A stretch of 64,000 nucleotides of DNA from Octopus vulgaris. Its lineage: Eukaryota. A model generated the notes under the pieces. It was given only the letters and a program-made list of their open reading frames with translations, did not search any database and had not been told where the DNA came from. Of the stretch, positions 51,180-63,939 are shown piece by piece. Location of the stretch: NCBI GenBank assembly GCA_951406725.2, contig OX597824.1:68138001-68202000 (forward strand). The letters are read 5' to 3'. Position numbers and translations under genes: made by a program. Numbering within the stretch: position 1 is the first letter of the stretch; each line of letters begins with the position of its first letter.

Positions 51180-51617
51180 TTTCTTTATTGGCCACAGGGG
51201 ACTAAACATAGAGGGTGTAAGAGTTAGCACTTCCTTCTCTAAGCTTGGATTCGAAATCGAATCCAAGAATCATCGGTCGTCAAATACCAATGCATGCAAA
51301 GGCGCGAAATTAAGATTCCTTTGTTCTGACAAAAAGTGATTGATCGTCTCCCTTTGACCTCCGACCTGAGCCATGTCAGGCGAAGTTCAAGTGGACGAAC
51401 GATGACCTACTTAAACAGAGAGGGGACAAACAAGGACAGACACAGGGATTAAGTCAATTACATCGACGCCAGTGCGTAACTGGTACTTATTTAATAGACC
51501 CCGAAAGGATGAAAGACAAAGTCGACCTCGGCGGAATTTGAACTCAGAACGTAACGCCAGACGAGATACAGCTAGGCATTTCACCCGGCGCGCTAATTTT
51601 CTGCCAGCTCGCCGCCT
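51180..51617 (-). mobile_element. SINE family B split by a ~200-bp insertion (51216 to about 51415)
   Basis: SINE tail at 51180-51215 resumes at about 51412; taaaca.agaggg is duplicated. Confidence 0.7.
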
Positions 51618-52559
51618 TATATCTTTATATTGTTTATTACATAGGGATGAGACGGGATTAAGTCGGTCGGATTACTGACTTCCTGTGTGTATTATGCACT
51701 GCTCTGGAGTTGAATTTCTATTACTACTACTGCTGCTGCTATGACTTCCATTACTACTGTTGCTGCTGCTACTGTCTCTAGTACTATTTCATTTGGTGGT
51801 GGTGGAGGTGGTGGTGGTGATGGTGGTGGTGGTGGTGGTGGTGGTGGTGGTGGTGGTGGTGGTGGTGCTACTGCTGCTGCTGCTGCTACAACTACTACTA
51901 CTATTGTTTTCCAAGTCTGGTACACGTTCACAGATTTGGGTGAAAGTGGTCATTCGAGTAGATTAATTTCGGTTTTTGATTGGTTCAATATCCGTCTCGA
52001 GCCTAGACGGACAAAAGGTTATGTCGACCTTGGTAAGATTTGAACTCGAAACTCGAAAGAGCCAGAACTAAATATAAAGCATTGTTGTCCTAAACTCTAC
52101 CGATTTTGTTAATCCACCATCCTGGGAGCCTCATATGATTGCTTGAGCTATTAACAATAACAGCCAAATGCTCCTGAAATCATGCCCCTGAAATCATGCC
52201 CCTGAAATCACGCCCCATCATCATATTAAAATAAGATGCATCAGATAATGTCAACTGGATTATAACATTGTAGAAGAAAAAGAAAGTTTGGCATGGCTGG
52301 AAAGGCCTTTCATCGTAGATTTTTCTGTCTGCATGTATGTCTATTTGCTCTGTCACTAGATATTACAAACAATTTCTTGAAATTATCCTTAAGTCGGACT
52401 GAAAGCCCTCCAGAAAAAAACAGCCAATTGATTGTCATCGTTGTCCGAAATTCTCCCCCAAAACGTTATCGCATTTACCTGCCACAAATCATCTATACAA
52501 CGGTAATGTGGAGATTCCATCGACCGTATTGCCCGTCTGGTAGAGAGTTGTGAGCACTC

Positions 52560-53615
52560 AACGACATTTTAAGTGCTAAGCGTCCTCCTCGAGCTTCGCT
52601 TGACCCACAACTACAGTTCTGTCAAAGAGACCAGCTGATGAAAAGCGTGTCTGACAAACGGCAACACACAAATTCCGCCAAGGAAAGGATAGAGATACCC
52701 GCAGCTTCGGCACACATCCGCACATCCTTAACATCAACATGTCTAGTCCTCCACTCAACGGGTATTCACAGGAAATGCAACACCTAACCAGTGGAAAGCA
52801 TCCTCTCCACAAGAAGCGCAAAGAGTAGACTCCCCGGTCGATCAAATGTGAATTGAGACAAAGCGCAATAGTCAGGTCGTTGTAGATGACGGAAGCTATG
52901 TATACGCTCGCGACATCAGCCCATCTTACAAGGATAACTACATCGCTACATCTTACAAGGATAACTTCCTCACGGCCCATTTAGCTTGAGATTCAATACT
53001 CTGCTCATCACCTCACCTCAGCTCTTCTCCACTTAGAAGTCTAGACAAAACGAGACCCCGAGAAATTTAAAAGGTCAGTCCGTCCAGCACCCCACAACGC
53101 TGTTGAACTGCATAGACCTGCCACTTCAGTTTACGAGCTGCAAGCCCACTGGCATAGCTTAGTTGATTTTTACTCCTATCCCCGCCTCGCAGTTACTTAG
53201 AACGGTGACGATCACCTCGATATGCACCATGATGGTAACTTTGTCTACGTGTGCCGACTCGGATATTCCACATCCTGGTTCGCGTGGGATGCCTCTCAAT
53301 ATCTCTAGTAGCTCAAGAGTTGGTACATTCAGAAGAAATACGAGGGAACAACCATGGTGGGCTGAGTGCCTGATACAGAATGGGTCTGATAGATGGCCAT
53401 TCACCCTAACCACCGAACTGGTGCCATTGTACATTGCAGTAATTATATCGCAGAAGAGACTGAAACTGACTGCCGTGAGAACAACGGTCAAATATTGGTG
53501 GTCGCCCACAACAAAAGCTTTCGATTAACAAGAGCCCCATCCATATAAGGCTTCTTATACATCCTTTCTTTGATGTATCACATGAGATGGAGATGGTGCA
53601 TGTCCGCACATTATC
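52560..53615 (-). mobile_element. L1/Tx1-clade reverse transcriptase relic
   Basis: ITAMYNGTSSVVRVNGHLS..F, decayed RQGCPLS (AHHGCSL) and YADD (AHVDKV), and YPLSGGLDM shared with 8803-9048. Confidence 0.75.
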
Positions 53616-54851
53616 AATGAAACTATCGAGTGGAGGCACAATGGCCCAGTGGTTAGGGCAGCGGACTCGCGGTCGTAAGAACGCGTTTTCGATTCCCAGA
53701 CCGGGCATTGTGTTATTGAGCAAAAAACCCCTAAGCTCCACGAGGCTCCGGCTGGGGGTGGGGGTGAACCCCGCTGTACTCTTTCACCACAACTTTCCCT
53801 CACTCTTCCCTACTGCTTCTGCTACAAAGCAGAGGAAGCATGGTGTAACCCACTATGGTGTGGTAAACTTTCAGATCCTAGTCTAGATTGCGAATCCGCT
53901 GTACCCCCTGATGGTTCAGCTCTCCACCATTACTTTTCGACTCACAGAACTGAGAAATTCTCTCGTCCCGCTGCCAGATGCAGCTGATATTTGTCAAGAG
54001 ACCACCGAAGAAGTCGGGCATATAAAAGTAAAGCTCAACCAGTGAAGCCAAACATTGCTTCCTGTATTTCTGCAAATGTTTTCGGTTTTTTGTAACACTT
54101 TGCCTCCTTTGCCGATAGTCGCGGAGGTCTGTCCAGCCTGCGATTCTATCCGCCACTCGTACCGTACAGTCGAGCGAAGTACTACTAAAGAGACTTACAA
54201 TTCTGCTAGGAATAAAGTAACATGAGTTCATCATGGTCCACGAAAGATAAAATTGCGAATTTGTTCGAGATAAGCTCTTCAGACATGGAACTACCAACAG
54301 CCGAACTTATCCGAGACGCATGCAGGGGGACGAAACCGTCCTGAATGCAATCATTCAGTGTCCGCGCAATAGAAACTTGTGGCCTCGTGTAAGATGAATC
54401 CAGCTGTCCACCGAGTGTATAGTGAAGATACACGCCCCACTTCCTTTAGCAGAGAAGTAAGGTAGATCTTTCTCTGGTTAGCAGCTATGACAAAACAGTC
54501 TGTGTGGTGAGCCCGTCAGAAAAGTTTGAAAGCAAGAACTTTCCTTTCTGGCCAAACTTTCACCTATTTCTTCAAATAGCATTTGAAGAGGAAGGTGAAT
54601 GTTGAGAGTGAGGTGCTGCCTTCTAGTGAAATTATCAAAAGAATAGACGAAAATGGAAAGACTGGTGAAATTGAATGAATCTACTTTGAGTATGCTTTTG
54701 TTAGTAGGATGGAAGAAACTGGAAAATGGCACTTCCCATGCCTTGGTGATAGCAGAGTAATCCGGAATTTTTGCGTGAGGTTTACCCCGATTTACCCAAG
54801 TGGACTGCTTCGCTAGTGGGGATCCTGTTTATTGATTATTCATTTCTCTAA

Positions 54852-54969
<118 letters not shown>

Positions 54970-55770
54970 AAAGTACAAAGTGAGATAGGGGTTATGAGTG
55001 TAACCCACTATAGGATATCATTTATCCAATATACTGCCAGTGAAGTACCCAAAAGGCTAATCATCAACTTACAGATAATACCAATTCATATAATTTATTA
55101 ACTAATTAAATACGAACATCCAAATACAACAGAATAAAACAGAATAAAACAATACACATCAATTAGTAAGATATTTTTATGGTATATCCTTTGTTATATC
55201 CTTTAATGTAGCGTCTCTCTTTGATGGGTGTAAATACCACCTGTTTTGTGTGTCATATTTCATCCGTTGGTATTGTCCACCATGTCTTTGGCCCTTGTGG
55301 CCAATAAGAGAAATCATCATCATCATCATCACCATCATGGTCGTCGTCGTGGTTGTTGTTGTTGTTGTTGTTGTTATTAAGGCAGCAAACTGACAGAATT
55401 GTTAGTACACTGGAAAAAAATGCTTAGCGGCATTTCTTTCATCTTTACGTTCTGAGTTCAAATTAGGCCCAAGTCGACATTGACTTTCATCCTTGGGGAT
55501 CGATGAAATGATTATCAGTTGAGGACTGGTGTCGATTTAACCCACGAGTTCTCTTCTACTACAATGCCTACAGTAGAAAAGATAATTATTATTATTGCTG
55601 ACGTCATCATTTCATTTTCTTTTCTCTTCTTTTCTTTCCCTTCTTTTATCGTGATTCTCTTTTTTTTTTTTATTTCTTGTCCTTTTTTTTCTTTCTCCCA
55701 AAACAAACAAACAAACAGCTTTCTTTCACCTATTCGAGTTGCTATGATATACAATGCTGGGCAGCTGATC

Positions 55771-55962
55771 TGAAGAAGAAGAAGAAGAAGAAGAAGAAGA
55801 AGAAGAAGAAGAAGAAGAAGAAGAAGAAGAAGAAGAAGAAGAAGAAGAAGAAGAAGAAGAACTACTGCTACTACTGCTGCTGCTGCCGCCGCAACTGCCG
55901 CCGCTACTACTACTACTACTACTACTACCACTATTACCACCACTACCATCAACACCACCACC

Positions 55963-56022
<60 letters not shown>

Positions 56023-56068
56023 GCCGCTGCTGCTGCCGCTGCTGCCGCCGCCGCCGCTACTACTACTA

Positions 56069-56099
<31 letters not shown>

Positions 56100-56119
56100 C
56101 GCTGCTGCCGCCGCCGCCG

Positions 56120-56158
<39 letters not shown>
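55771..56158. repeat. Compound trinucleotide array (GAA)n, (TAC)n, (TGC/CGC)n
   Basis: Directly visible. Confidence 0.95.
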
Positions 56159-56385
56159 CGCCCCGACTCCAACATCTCAGAAAGCACATAGCATTGCTTC
56201 CCTCAGTATGTCTGGCTTTCAAAACTGGTTTATGCGGTATGTAATACGAGAGGCACCAAATTATAATAATTTCTCTTTTTTCCTAAAGCATACAAAAATC
56301 TCAAATTGAATAAATATCTTTAAAATTTCTTGCTTCTGAGGTTTCATCGAAACTAATATGCTTTAATTTATGTGCGATTCTCCCT

Positions 56386-56422
<37 letters not shown>

Positions 56423-56433
56423 ACATACGTAAA

Positions 56434-56750
56434 CTGGCACTCCGTCGATTGCGACGACGAGTGCTTCAGTTAATCCGATCAACGGAACGGCCTGCTCTTG
56501 AAATTAGCAAGCGGCTGAGCACTCCACAGACACGTGTATACGTAACGTAATTCTCATGGGGATTCAGCGTGACACAGAAGGTGACAAGGCTAGCCCTTTG
56601 AAATACAGGCACAACTCATTTTTGTCAGCTGGGTGGACTGGAGCAACGTGAAATAAAGTGTCTTGCTCAAGATCACAACGCGCCAGGCATCGAACTCACG
56701 ACCTTACAATCATGAGCCGAATTCACTAACTACTAAACCAAGCTCCTTCA
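56434..56750 (-). mobile_element. SINE family A copy
   Basis: Co-linear with 5100-5420. Confidence 0.85.
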
Positions 56751-56840
56751 CTTGTATACATACATACATTCACACATACATACATGCATACATATATGCA
56801 TGCATGCATACATACATACATACATACATACATACATACA

Positions 56841-56874
<34 letters not shown>

Positions 56875-56875
56875 C

Positions 56876-57320
56876 GTACATAAAACCCCAATAAAATGTA
56901 AGCACAACAGACCCGATATAATGATTTGGGATAGAGAAGAGAAACTGCGTACAGTTGAGGAAATTAGCTGCTCAGCGGATGTTAACATAAAGCTGAAGAT
57001 CAGTGAAAAAGAGTATACCTACGCTGAACTGTTGAGACATCTGCAGTTATTCTATCCAGATTACAAGTTCAGGTTTGTGCCTGTAATTATTGGGGCCCTG
57101 GAATATGTAATACTGCCTAAATACCAAATTTGAGAAATTAGGGTTCTCAAATCCAGAAAGGAAAAAGCTGATTCGAAGACTACAGATCCGATCCATTATG
57201 GAACTGTTAAAATATGTAAAACTTTCCAGAGGTTTATCATTTAAGTATATATGAGCATATCTAGATATGCAAGTATATGCATGAGATATACATAAAACAA
57301 AACATAGAAATATGTTCATA
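56876..57320 (+). mobile_element. 5'-truncated non-LTR retrotransposon with restriction-like endonuclease (R4/Dong-like)
   Basis: HNRPDIMIWDREEK...EISCS.D.NI..KISEK...Y..L...FVPVIIGALE is a PD-(D/E)xK RLE C-terminus; (CATA)n on both sides. Confidence 0.8.
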
Positions 57321-57376
57321 TACATACATACATACATACATACATACATACATACATACATACATACATACATACA

Positions 57377-57406
<30 letters not shown>

Positions 57407-57407
<1 letters not shown>

Positions 57408-57929
57408 GTATATTTAAAGGGCTAAAAACCACTATGTGGTCAGCCATATGCTCGAAGTAGATCACCTACGATCAAACTACAAAGAAACGAATGTTCTCTA
57501 GAGAAAAATTCAGCGGACACCAGAACAATATGCGGCAAGACAGATGAAAATTATATAAAAAACAAGAATTAATCGCAGACCGGCGATTTCGCCTATTAAC
57601 GAATAAATCACTTACGTAATCCCTTCGTCCGTAGGGCTCGTCAGTACGATCGTTCCACAAGCAATATAATTTGTAAAACTAACCACCAGTTTTCCGTATA
57701 AAAACAGACATGTGCTTAGTTTCACCTATTACATTGGAGTTAATTTCAAATGTTTGAGTTCTGGCGCGATAAATTCCGGAAACAAAATCTGCAGTAAAAT
57801 ATTTCACTGCAGTTAATGCTGCCTATTAGAGAACATATTTATTTTAACATTTAAATAATGAGGGAGATAAATTGAATATTAATTTAATTAGGCTGACCAC
57901 ATAGTGGTTTTTAGCCCTTTAAATATACA
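57407..57929 (-). mobile_element. 523-bp non-coding element bounded by perfect 39-bp inverted repeats and containing a hammerhead
   Basis: tgtatatttaaagggctaaaaaccactatgtggtcagcc at 57407-57445 and its exact reverse complement at 57891-57929. Confidence 0.8.
57572..57650 (-). ncRNA. Intact type I hammerhead ribozyme
   Basis: atcgta-CTGACGA-gcccta...(GUAA-capped extended stem II)...taggc-GAA-atcgccggt-C-tgcgat. All core nucleotides are canonical; predicted GUC cleavage between 57578 and 57577. Confidence 0.82.
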
Positions 57930-59067
57930 CATGTATTAGAATTTTCTCTGATTTTTCAGATTTTTGTGTGCTAGGCTACTGGTTTTAAATTGATATTAAT
58001 TAAATTCCACGATCGTGAGTGCAACATTCTTGCTTCTAGGCCATACGCCCTCAAACTCAATAACATTGAATAATCATCGACCATGTAGTCATAAAACAGT
58101 CATTAATTAAGCTAACACCGTAGTAGATAGCTCCAAATCATATTTAAACTTTTAATAGCTCGTCATTAACTAAACAATATACTAATCAATATATATTTTA
58201 TGCGCACGCAATACTCTGAATACTCTGTAGTATTTATTGGGGAAATAAAACGCACGCGTGCAATTTTAATTTATGCATATAAAATGTCCGGTTTAATGAC
58301 ATGGTTAACCACATTTTTAATTAGAATCGAAGGAAAAATATCTTTCAATTATTGATTTGATACTGAACGTATTTTTTTGAAAGCTATGCAATTAACCAGA
58401 TTATTCGAGTAGGCAGTATTGGCTGTGTGTGTATGTGTGTGTATGTGTATACTTGCGTGTCTTTGTGTGTGTTTGTGTATGTGTGTGTGTGTATGTATGC
58501 GTGTGTGTGTGCGAACAAACATACGCATACAGGTAATAAGTATACATATATGCATGAAAATATAAAGGTGGGTGTATGTATGTGTGTGTTTGTGTGTGCT
58601 TGTGTATGTCTGTGAGTGAGTATGACAAAAAAAATCTTGTTTAACTGGTTTCTACATTTCCCATGAGATGAAAATTTTCTTGGACGAAAACGTAAAAGAG
58701 AGAGGGCGGTAAAGAAAGAGATAGAAGTAGACACAGAGAAAGTGGGTGGGAGAAAGAAAGGGCGAATGTGTAGTGTGTACATGAAAAAGGTTTGTTTTGT
58801 TTATCTGTTAGTCAGATACTGAATGAACAGTACTCTTGATTTTTCGGATTCCACCAAACTGGAGAAATCAATGTCCAGTTTGACCATCTTTCGATCGATA
58901 TCTGAAGAAAAAATAATATGATTGGGTTTTGGGGATCGAATGATTGGAAAAGTGATTGAATCAGATATCTTTGTGAGTGGAAGAATACTAAGACGCAACG
59001 GAGGTGGTGATAAGCAAAAAAGAGGAGTGTATCAGGAGGCTTCAATGGATGAAATATATACGAGTTG

Positions 59068-59120
59068 TTGGTACAGAAATATAGGAACTAGCAATAATAG
59101 TTCCTATATTTCTGTACCAA
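59068..59120. repeat. Perfect 23-bp hairpin with 7-nt loop
   Basis: ttggtacagaaatataggaacta-gcaataa-tagttcctatatttctgtaccaa. Confidence 0.92.
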
Positions 59121-59179
59121 ATCATATTTTTTAAATAATTTTTCAATCGTCTTGACTTAACAACAACCCTCATCGTTTG

Positions 59180-59599
59180 TTTTTACTGTGTTATTCTCCT
59201 TGTCCTGTCTTTTGCTGTTTTTATTTGTATTGTTTTTACTGTCTTGTTTGGTTTTTATTGTCCTGTTCTTGTTACCACTTTTACCACTCGGCAAAAAAAT
59301 CCCAAATTTTATTTAATTTGCTTTGCCGGAAGGACCGTTTCAACGAAGTCGCGTTTTGTCCTTACCTTCGTAACGCGGAGTAGACGAAACTGGAACAACT
59401 GAAGAAGGGGAATATTCCTTGTGTTGTATGGCTTGTACTCTGTTTTTTCGCTGTTTGAAAAAAAGTTCGTTTCCATGTTTTTGTTTATATGTTTTCGTTT
59501 CTCATTGTGTTCAGCGTTTTTTTGGTGTCCTGTACCCATATATGCATGTATATATACATAGATGTAGGTATGTACATATATATGTGTATATATGCATAT

Positions 59600-59600
<1 letters not shown>
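59180..59600 (-). mobile_element. Dispersed repeat, same family as 19320-19680
   Basis: Reverse-complement match. Confidence 0.7.
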
Positions 59601-59665
<65 letters not shown>

Positions 59666-59668
<3 letters not shown>

Positions 59669-59942
59669 AGAGCAGCGGACTCGCGGTCGAGGGATCGCGG
59701 GTTCGAATCTCAGACCGGGCAATGTGTGTGTTTAAGAGCGTAACACCTAAGCTTCACTCGGCTCCGGCAGAAGGTAATGGCGAACTTCTGCTGACTCTTT
59801 CGCCACAACTTTCTCTCACTCTTTCCTCCTGCACCTTGCAGCTCACCTGCGACGGACCGGCGTTTCATCCAGGTGGAGAACCTATACGCCAAGGAAACCG
59901 GGAAACCGGCCCTTATGAGCCAGACATGGCTCGAGAAGGAAC
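59666..59942 (+). mobile_element. SINE family D
   Basis: Reverse-complement match to 31502-31798. Confidence 0.85.
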
Positions 59943-61796
59943 AAACTATATATACTCTAACACTCTTGCACCCTTTTCATTTTATTAAGTAATAGCACAA
60001 CCGAATAAAATAAACCGGAAAGCGCCCCCCCCACACACACATACACCCAGGGGTCTCATTTAAAATTTTTATTGAAATCCAATTAACCTATAATTCAACT
60101 GGATGTTAGTTTAACATGTATGCAAAGTTTCGTTAAGGTTGATTCACTGGTGTAGGCAGCAAGATGGTAACAAACAGAAAAACAGATAGAAATTGCCATT
60201 TATACATATGATGGTAAGAGAAACTGCGATTCGCTTAATTTGTAGTAATTTCGAAGGATTTAGACCGATAATGAAAGTTTTAAGAGTTTCTAAAGTCTCC
60301 CTTGGTTTTACTAAAGTATCATGTATATCATTATGCAATATATGTTGCGTGTTCTTTTGCGGAAGTAACAAAAGAAACTAATTGTAAAATAACAGTACAA
60401 CTTTATTCCTTTGTAAAATGATACAGTGGATCAAAGCAAGAAACATTACAAATTCTGGCAGTTGCTGTTCATTCATCGTTTGTATAATTCACCTTTGGTC
60501 GTGGTTGATTGCGTGGGCTCCGTTATATTAATTCTCCTCTGAAAAACGATAGGGATCCATGTAACTCGCCTTGATGAAAAACTCTCACCCAACTGAACTA
60601 TAAATAGTTTGCCACACCAATGTTGGGAGGGATGAGGTCCAGACCTTCGATTCAATTCCAAATCAATACTCAACCAAACACAACACAGGACCCAACAAAT
60701 GTCCAAACACTCACATAGTAGGTATGTTGACCAATCAATATAGATTAACGTGATAAGCTATAAATCAAAATGTTTTTAATATGCTATAATAGAAAAAGGG
60801 TCTCGCTATAAAGCATAACAATGCAATACTTTTTCCCTTAGGTAAATGTAGCAGTTTTTATTGTTTGGGAAGATTGCGTTATCGAGTCTTCGTTAAAGTT
60901 GTTGTTGAGTGTTTCAATTGTAGAATCAGTGGTTTGAGGTGTACAGATAATGTCTGTAAGTGAAAACTTGAAGAAGGTTGAAGTGCAGAAGTGTGTGTAT
61001 AGTCAGGAGTGGCAATAAGTCAGTCATTTGTGTAAACGAAGTGTGTGGAAGCCACAACCTAAACCTAAGGTCCACCAGAGTTGATAGTGACTTAAAGATA
61101 TCTCAGCTGGTGCAAACTGTAATGGTGTGATCTAGAGGGAAATATTTGATTCGAGAGATAAGAAACTTTGAATGTATCGGCTGGGTAATAAGGTGGCAAG
61201 TTCTTATCTCAAACACAATTGTTATTGTGTATTCCCAGGTGAACTCAGATTGAATGGAAGGATGACCAAAGACATTCCGGCTGTTACTATCCCGTTTTCG
61301 TTCTAAGAGAGTGTTTTTAGAACTAAATTATCTAACACTAGCTTAAGAGCTGCACTCCGTGCAGAGTTTGAAGCTAGCTCCTGCAAGGGGCTGATTGGGC
61401 CTGCGGCCCAAAACTAAAGACATAAAAAGCATGACTATAATGCGTCTATAATGACTATATGCTCTGGTGGTGTTTGATCAGAGGTTAAGGACAGATGAGA
61501 ATTAATTCTGTAATGCAATCATTCTATCGTTCCAGTCCCAATCTGAATTCCAACTGTTGGCTAATTTGTCCCAAAGTTCTTATCTCAACGTAAAATTAAC
61601 GAAGCGAATGTTATTTATCTCCCCCTTGATCTCTGAAGTCATCTGACAAACGTCAATCAACCAAACTTTACCTGTCAGAAATAGCAAACCAAATGCTTTT
61701 AAATCAGATCCGAATGCTGAATGTTCAAGAACCAAATGAAGAGCAGGTTTTCAATTCCAGGATCAACCTGATTCCAAAACGGTATAATATTTCTAT

Positions 61797-62026
61797 GGCG
61801 GCGAGCTGGCAGAAACGTTAGCGCGCCGGGCGAAATGCTTTACGGTATTTCGTCTGCGTTACATTGTGAGTTCAAATTCCGCCAAGGTCGACTTTGCCTT
61901 TCATCCTTTCGGGGTCGATAAATTAAGTACCAGTTACGCACTGGGGTCGATATAATCGACTTAATACCTATGTCTGTCCTTGTTTGTCCCCTCTGTGTTT
62001 AGCCCCTTGTGGGTAATAAAGAAATA
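61797..62026 (+). mobile_element. Full-length SINE family B
   Basis: 17-bp TSD ggtataatatttctatg at 61781-61797 and 62027-62043. Confidence 0.9.
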
Positions 62027-62477
62027 GGTATAATATTTCTATGTAGAGCAAGTGTTGACTGAGATACAGGGGTCCCGGACAGACAGAAAAAATTTTGCTT
62101 GTATTATTATAGATGGTTTAAGTTGATAAAGTGTGATCGTGAGACCACACACAGGGATCCTTCTTTGGTTTTTGCCAGATACATTTAAAAGCTTCGATGA
62201 TAGGAAGGACAACCATTAGTTTTATCTTCATTGAAATTCTCAAGGATCTTATATCACTGTTCATGATTAGACTCAAATGAATCTGGCTCTATGAAAGCTG
62301 TATTGGTGGTCACTCAGAATGGAAAGAAAGTTGACTGATTTTAATCGCCCTGTTTATTTTTAGGATGTTAGATAATAGATCAGCTGTTTACAGGGTCAGA
62401 GAAGTTATTATACTTCTTGGGGAGGTCCGTTCACAGAAAATAATTAATGAATCTGTGATTTTGAAAAAGTGATGAGT

Positions 62478-62700
62478 CATCAACTTTATCATTTAATGTC
62501 TGTTTTCCATGTTTGTATGAGGCGGAGATGTCTGCCCCATTACGGTGTATCACCACTTGTTGCGCTCCATTGCCATCATCTTCGTGAAGTTTACCAACCC
62601 GAGATCATCTATTTTGCAGACTACTATTTCGGTCATTTGTTTCTTCATCTTACAGAAGTTTTTCATACGCATCAGTTGTCCATGCCAACAGTTTTCCCTC
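62478..62700 (-). mobile_element. Probable RTE-clade LINE 3' end
   Basis: DDLGL..MAMERNKW* followed by the tail catggaaaacagacattaaatgat; a related tail occurs at about 30900-30940. Confidence 0.45.
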
Positions 62701-62762
62701 TTGAACATTAGTGACGATTCCTCAAATGCTAATTTTCTCTATAAGTTCACTTTATTCCTTCA

Positions 62763-63152
62763 CTAGCAGTAGCGCCCGGCATTGCTCGGGTTTGTTTCGA
62801 CCCTTTAGAATTGGAATTTTTGAAAAGTAAAAATTTTGCATTATGTAGCTTGTTATTTTCTTTAAGTGAATATTTTTCTGGTTGAAATACACCGAAAAAT
62901 GGCGACACAGCAGTAAAAAAATCGTTAAAAATAGGGATTTTCATAGAAAAAAAGCACCTTTTTGATGTTAATAATTTTTGGTGTTAACATGGTCCGATTT
63001 GAATTTTATCTTCTACGGAAGGAAGAACAAGCCTTCTTCTATCATACTCTCAATTTTGGTCAACTTGCGCTGCAGGGTTTCGGAGGAGATAGTGTTAGTC
63101 GAAGGCTACCAAACCTGCCATACACAGACAACTTCAGCTTTATATAGAGAGA
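62763..63152 (-). mobile_element. Solo non-autonomous Helitron (390 bp)
   Basis: Minus strand reads A|TCTCTCTATATAAAG...cccgagcaatgccgggcgctactgCTAG|T, with no TSD. Confidence 0.85.
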
Positions 63153-63891
63153 TTTACACTGGAGTATGACCGCATCAGTTGTTCCTGGATTTTGCGCATC
63201 CTCCCCATTCAGTAAGTGGATTATTCAAGGGAAACGCAGAGAAAGAAAGAGAGAGAAGAGGAAGAGAAAAAGAGAGATTGTGACAGAGAGATTGAGTGAG
63301 AGAGAAGGAAAGCAAGAGTGATATAGATTGAAAGAACAAGAAAATAAAAGACAGAAAAGAAAAGAAAAGTCTGAGGAAAAAAAGAGAAATAGGTAAATGC
63401 GGAAAAGTTAGTTAGAGAGAGAGAGAGAGTAGTAAGTGTGCAAAAGTTAGCCAAAGAGGGAAGAAGAGGAGAAAGAGTAATAAGAGTGTAAGAGTTAATG
63501 AGTGAGACCGAGAGATTCAGAAAAAGGTAAAGCGAGAGTTGGAGAGAGATAAAAGTGGAAAGAGAGAGATATAAAGAGAGAGGGAGAGAGAGAGTGTGAG
63601 AGAGAGGTGTTAGACTGCGTGCGTTGTTGCATAAGTATGTGACAGGAGAGTGAATGTATGTGTGAACACGTTGAAAAGTGAACGTGTGAGTCAGTTTGAA
63701 AGACAAAAACAATGAATAAATGAATGAATGAACTATTGGAGAGAAAGACTAGGAAATTTAATAGAGAAAACAAGCGAAAATAATAACAACAAAGAACAAG
63801 AGAATGACAGAAAGTTATAGGAATAGATTGGTAAAGAGAGAAATAAAAGAAGATAACTCTGTCTCTTTCCTTTCCGAAGCAGACGACATTA

Positions 63892-63939
63892 GTGCGCATG
63901 CGCACAGGATGACGTGAGTGGAGTCCCAAGATGGCTGCC
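63892..63939 (+). promoter_or_regulatory. Candidate housekeeping promoter cluster: NRF1-type, CRE-like and YY1-type motifs
   Basis: gTGCGCATGCGCAc palindrome (63892-63905), TGACGTGA (63910-63917) and CAAGATGGCTGCC (63927-63939) within 50 bp of locally CpG-rich sequence. Confidence 0.55.

Noticed and set aside
53880-54800. Possible additional LINE or host exon sequence
   Set aside because: It looks like decayed coding DNA, but no motif or splice-consistent exon could be identified with confidence.
55515-56309. 200-aa homopolymeric ORFs
   Set aside because: Compound trinucleotide microsatellite.
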